Shown here: positions 61,945 through 64,000 of the stretch, in pieces
Numbering within the stretch: position 1 is the stretch's first letter
Layout: the number at the start of each line of letters is the position of its first letter
Origin: an uncultured Verrucomicrobiae bacterium
GTDB taxonomy: Bacteria; Verrucomicrobiota; Verrucomicrobiia; Chthoniobacterales; JAATET01
NCBI GenBank assembly: GCA_963719495.1
Contig: CAVRCI010000013.1
Span: 448,001-512,000 of the forward strand
DNA: 64,000 nucleotides
Direction: 5' to 3'
The notes under the pieces: generated by a model
The model's database searches: none
Told to the model about the DNA's origin: nothing
Seen by the model: only the letters and a program-made list of their open reading frames with translations
Position numbers and translations under genes: made by a program

Positions 61945-63325
61945 AGGGGTCGGTCATTCATAATGACACATTTGCTCTCTCAATTGTTTGCCAGCTCCCG
62001 CGTCCGACCGCGCCGTCACGCCGGATGCTAATGCCCCTGCCACCCGGCATCCGACGCGCCGCCGCTCGCCTCTCGTAACTCGATCCCTCACCATCCCGCC
62101 CGCCCCCGTCCTGCAAATTCGACCCTGCGCCAGAGCGCTCCGGTTGGGTTACGATTGCGGCCTGCTTCGCTTCGCTCGCCCTTCGGGGCACGGGACCTGC
62201 GCGGCATGACATCGCCCAACAGCGGCACCGTATAGCCGTGCCTGACGCGGTGCCTCCCTAAAGGGGCCCTCCGCGGCACCGGTCGCCAGAGCGCTCCCTC
62301 GGCTAATACGTTGCCGCGAGTTGGGTGATATAATGCCTCCGACCCCGCCAGAGCGCGGGGTCGGGCAGGTCCCGCGCCAGGCCGCAACACAGAAGCGACG
62401 CCATACGGCAATGCCCGGTTCACCAGCCCTGCAGCCCACGCCGGGACGGGACCCAGAGCGGCCCCGCCCCCGCGTGGTCCGCTCCCGAGTGTAAGCCAGC
62501 CGCTCCGGATCGTTCCGGTGATCGGAGAGCCGATCATCCTCGCATCGAGCGGGCGCGCACGGCTCGCGCCAACACCCCCGCAGAGCCGGGGCGCTGTCAC
62601 GCCCCGTGCATGCGCGAGGATGCCAGTTGACGAAGGCGACGCGCTCTGCGTGAAGAATACCGAAAACGCGCTCAGCGCGATGTCCGCCATCGAAAAACTC
62701 GTGCTCTTACCCTTGCGCGGATCGGGAAGTCCCCCCGCCACGGCACGGAACTTCCCGATAATGCGGGCCAATCCGGGCGGCGTGGTTTTCATGGGTCCAA
62801 GCCATGCCGGTACTGCCCAAAAAGTATAAGTCCGCGCTCCAATTCACTTCCCCATCGAGTCAACCGACCGCCCTCCGGCACTTCAACAATACCAAAATGA
62901 GAACCGCTGAGGAGAATGCGCAGATCAAAAAAGGCGAACGTCCCGCTGGTTTCGAAGCGGGAACGGCCCGGGGTCGCCAAAAGGATTGCGACGCGTGTTG
63001 GACGAAAAAGAACGCGGAGACCCATTTTGGCTACAAGAACCACGCGAAAATCGACGCCAAGACCAAGCTCATCGACACGCACGCCACGACACCTGCCAAC
63101 GTGCATGACAGCCAAGTCTTCGCCCAACTCGTGGATGAAACTGATCAGGCGGCGCTAGCCGCCAGCGCCAATTATTCAGCGGAAAGCGAAGTCCATGTCC
63201 TCGAGCGCTGCGACGCGCAGGAGTTCATGATGCGAAAAGCCAACCGCAATCGCCCGCTGGACGAGGCCACCCGCAAATCCAACCACGCCATCAGCAAGAT
63301 TCGCGTGCGCGTCGAGCATGTCTTT
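61945..63325 (+). repeat. 1381-bp inverted duplication, right copy
   Basis: Reverse complement of 53341-54721. Confidence 0.95.
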
Positions 63326-63633
63326 GGACGAATTGCGCAGATGGGCATGGATTACTGCCGATCCATCGGAGTGCGACGCGCCAGCCGGCACAACAGCCTT
63401 TGTAATCTGGTCTACAATCTTGATCGCTACGCCATCCTCATGCGCGGGGCGTGAAAATCCCACCGAATCCCTCCTCGATGGTCCGAATTCCGGGCGGCTC
63501 GGGCTCGAATGGTCCGTCGTCCGGTCTCCAAACCGTTGCTTTTGGCCCCGCCGATGTCGCCAAATGACACGTCCGATCAAAAAATTTCCATCGATTCTCT
63601 CGTTGCGTCAAAATCAGCGTTACCGGAGGTGCC
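62897..63633 (+). mobile_element. IS5-family remnant (C-terminal transposase to 63454 plus right end)
   Basis: QKDCDACWTKK..HFGYKNH, IRVRVEHVFG, NLVYNL; right end GGAGGTGCC followed by CTTA; catalytic D region degenerate. Confidence 0.8.
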
Positions 63634-63811
63634 CTTAATCATAATCTTTGTCTTTGTCGCTCCTCACCCGCTCGCGGCACCCCGCGATACCGATACGGAG
63701 ATACACGGAGAGTAAGACAAAGATTAAGATTATGAGAAAGAGTGGGTGCCGGCGGAGTCCCGTGTCCTTCCAATAACCAATAACCAACAACCAATAACAC
63801 CTCACCCGCAC

Positions 63812-64000
63812 TTGAATCCTCGCGACATCCACCCTGGCCAGCGCTGGGCCTCCGACACCGAACCCGAACTCGGCCTCGGCATCCTTCTCAAAGCCGAATT
63901 CGGCCGCGTTGAAATTTATTTCCCCGCCGCCGCCGAGCACCGCCAATACGCGCTCGAATCCGCCCCCCTCCGCCGCATCGTCTTCCGCCCCGGCGACAAG
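63812..64000 (+). CDS. rapA: RNA polymerase-associated protein RapA/HepA (5' partial)
   Basis: Manual translation HPGQRWASDTEPELGLG...FPAAAEHRQYALESAPLRRIVF. Confidence 0.88.
   Translation, partial: MNPRDIHPGQRWASDTEPELGLGILLKAEFGRVEIYFPAAAEHRQYALESAPLRRIVFRPGDK

Noticed and set aside
53341..63633. Classical composite transposon of two IS5 copies
   Set aside because: The repeats are not complete IS: the left copy lacks the IS5 end, both transposases are fragments, and no target duplication is seen

Overview
High-GC bacterial chromosome segment, probably Verrucomicrobiota/PVC (inferred from gene content and repeat types). 1-52 kb is mostly housekeeping: mnmG with two parS-like sites, cdd, pdhABC, ald, proA, acyP, bioD, asnB, a UvrD/Rep helicase, purN, a SWIM-SNF2 helicase, ispA, a U32 protein, a Ser/Thr kinase, sucCD and rpmH-rnpA-yidD-yidC-jag. 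It also holds two PIN toxin-antitoxin pairs, IS4, ISAzo13 and ISKra4 elements, and many short palindromic or REP-like repeats, some translated inside genes. 52.6-63.6 kb is a mobile-element mosaic: IS4, IS481, IS5 and ISNCY pieces, a truncated XerD-like recombinase, a third PIN pair and a 1381-bp inverted duplication. The most unusual signal is a family of short GGGGTC/GACCCC-ended sequences in nested, variable-length 'stutter' copies that share one fixed end. These motifs mark many fragment junctions in the mosaic, are targeted by IS4 elements, and also sit in-frame in the purN 3' end. This suggests a non-autonomous one-ended DNA copy/capture system whose enzyme is not in this window (inference). 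All calls are by eye; no database searches were run.
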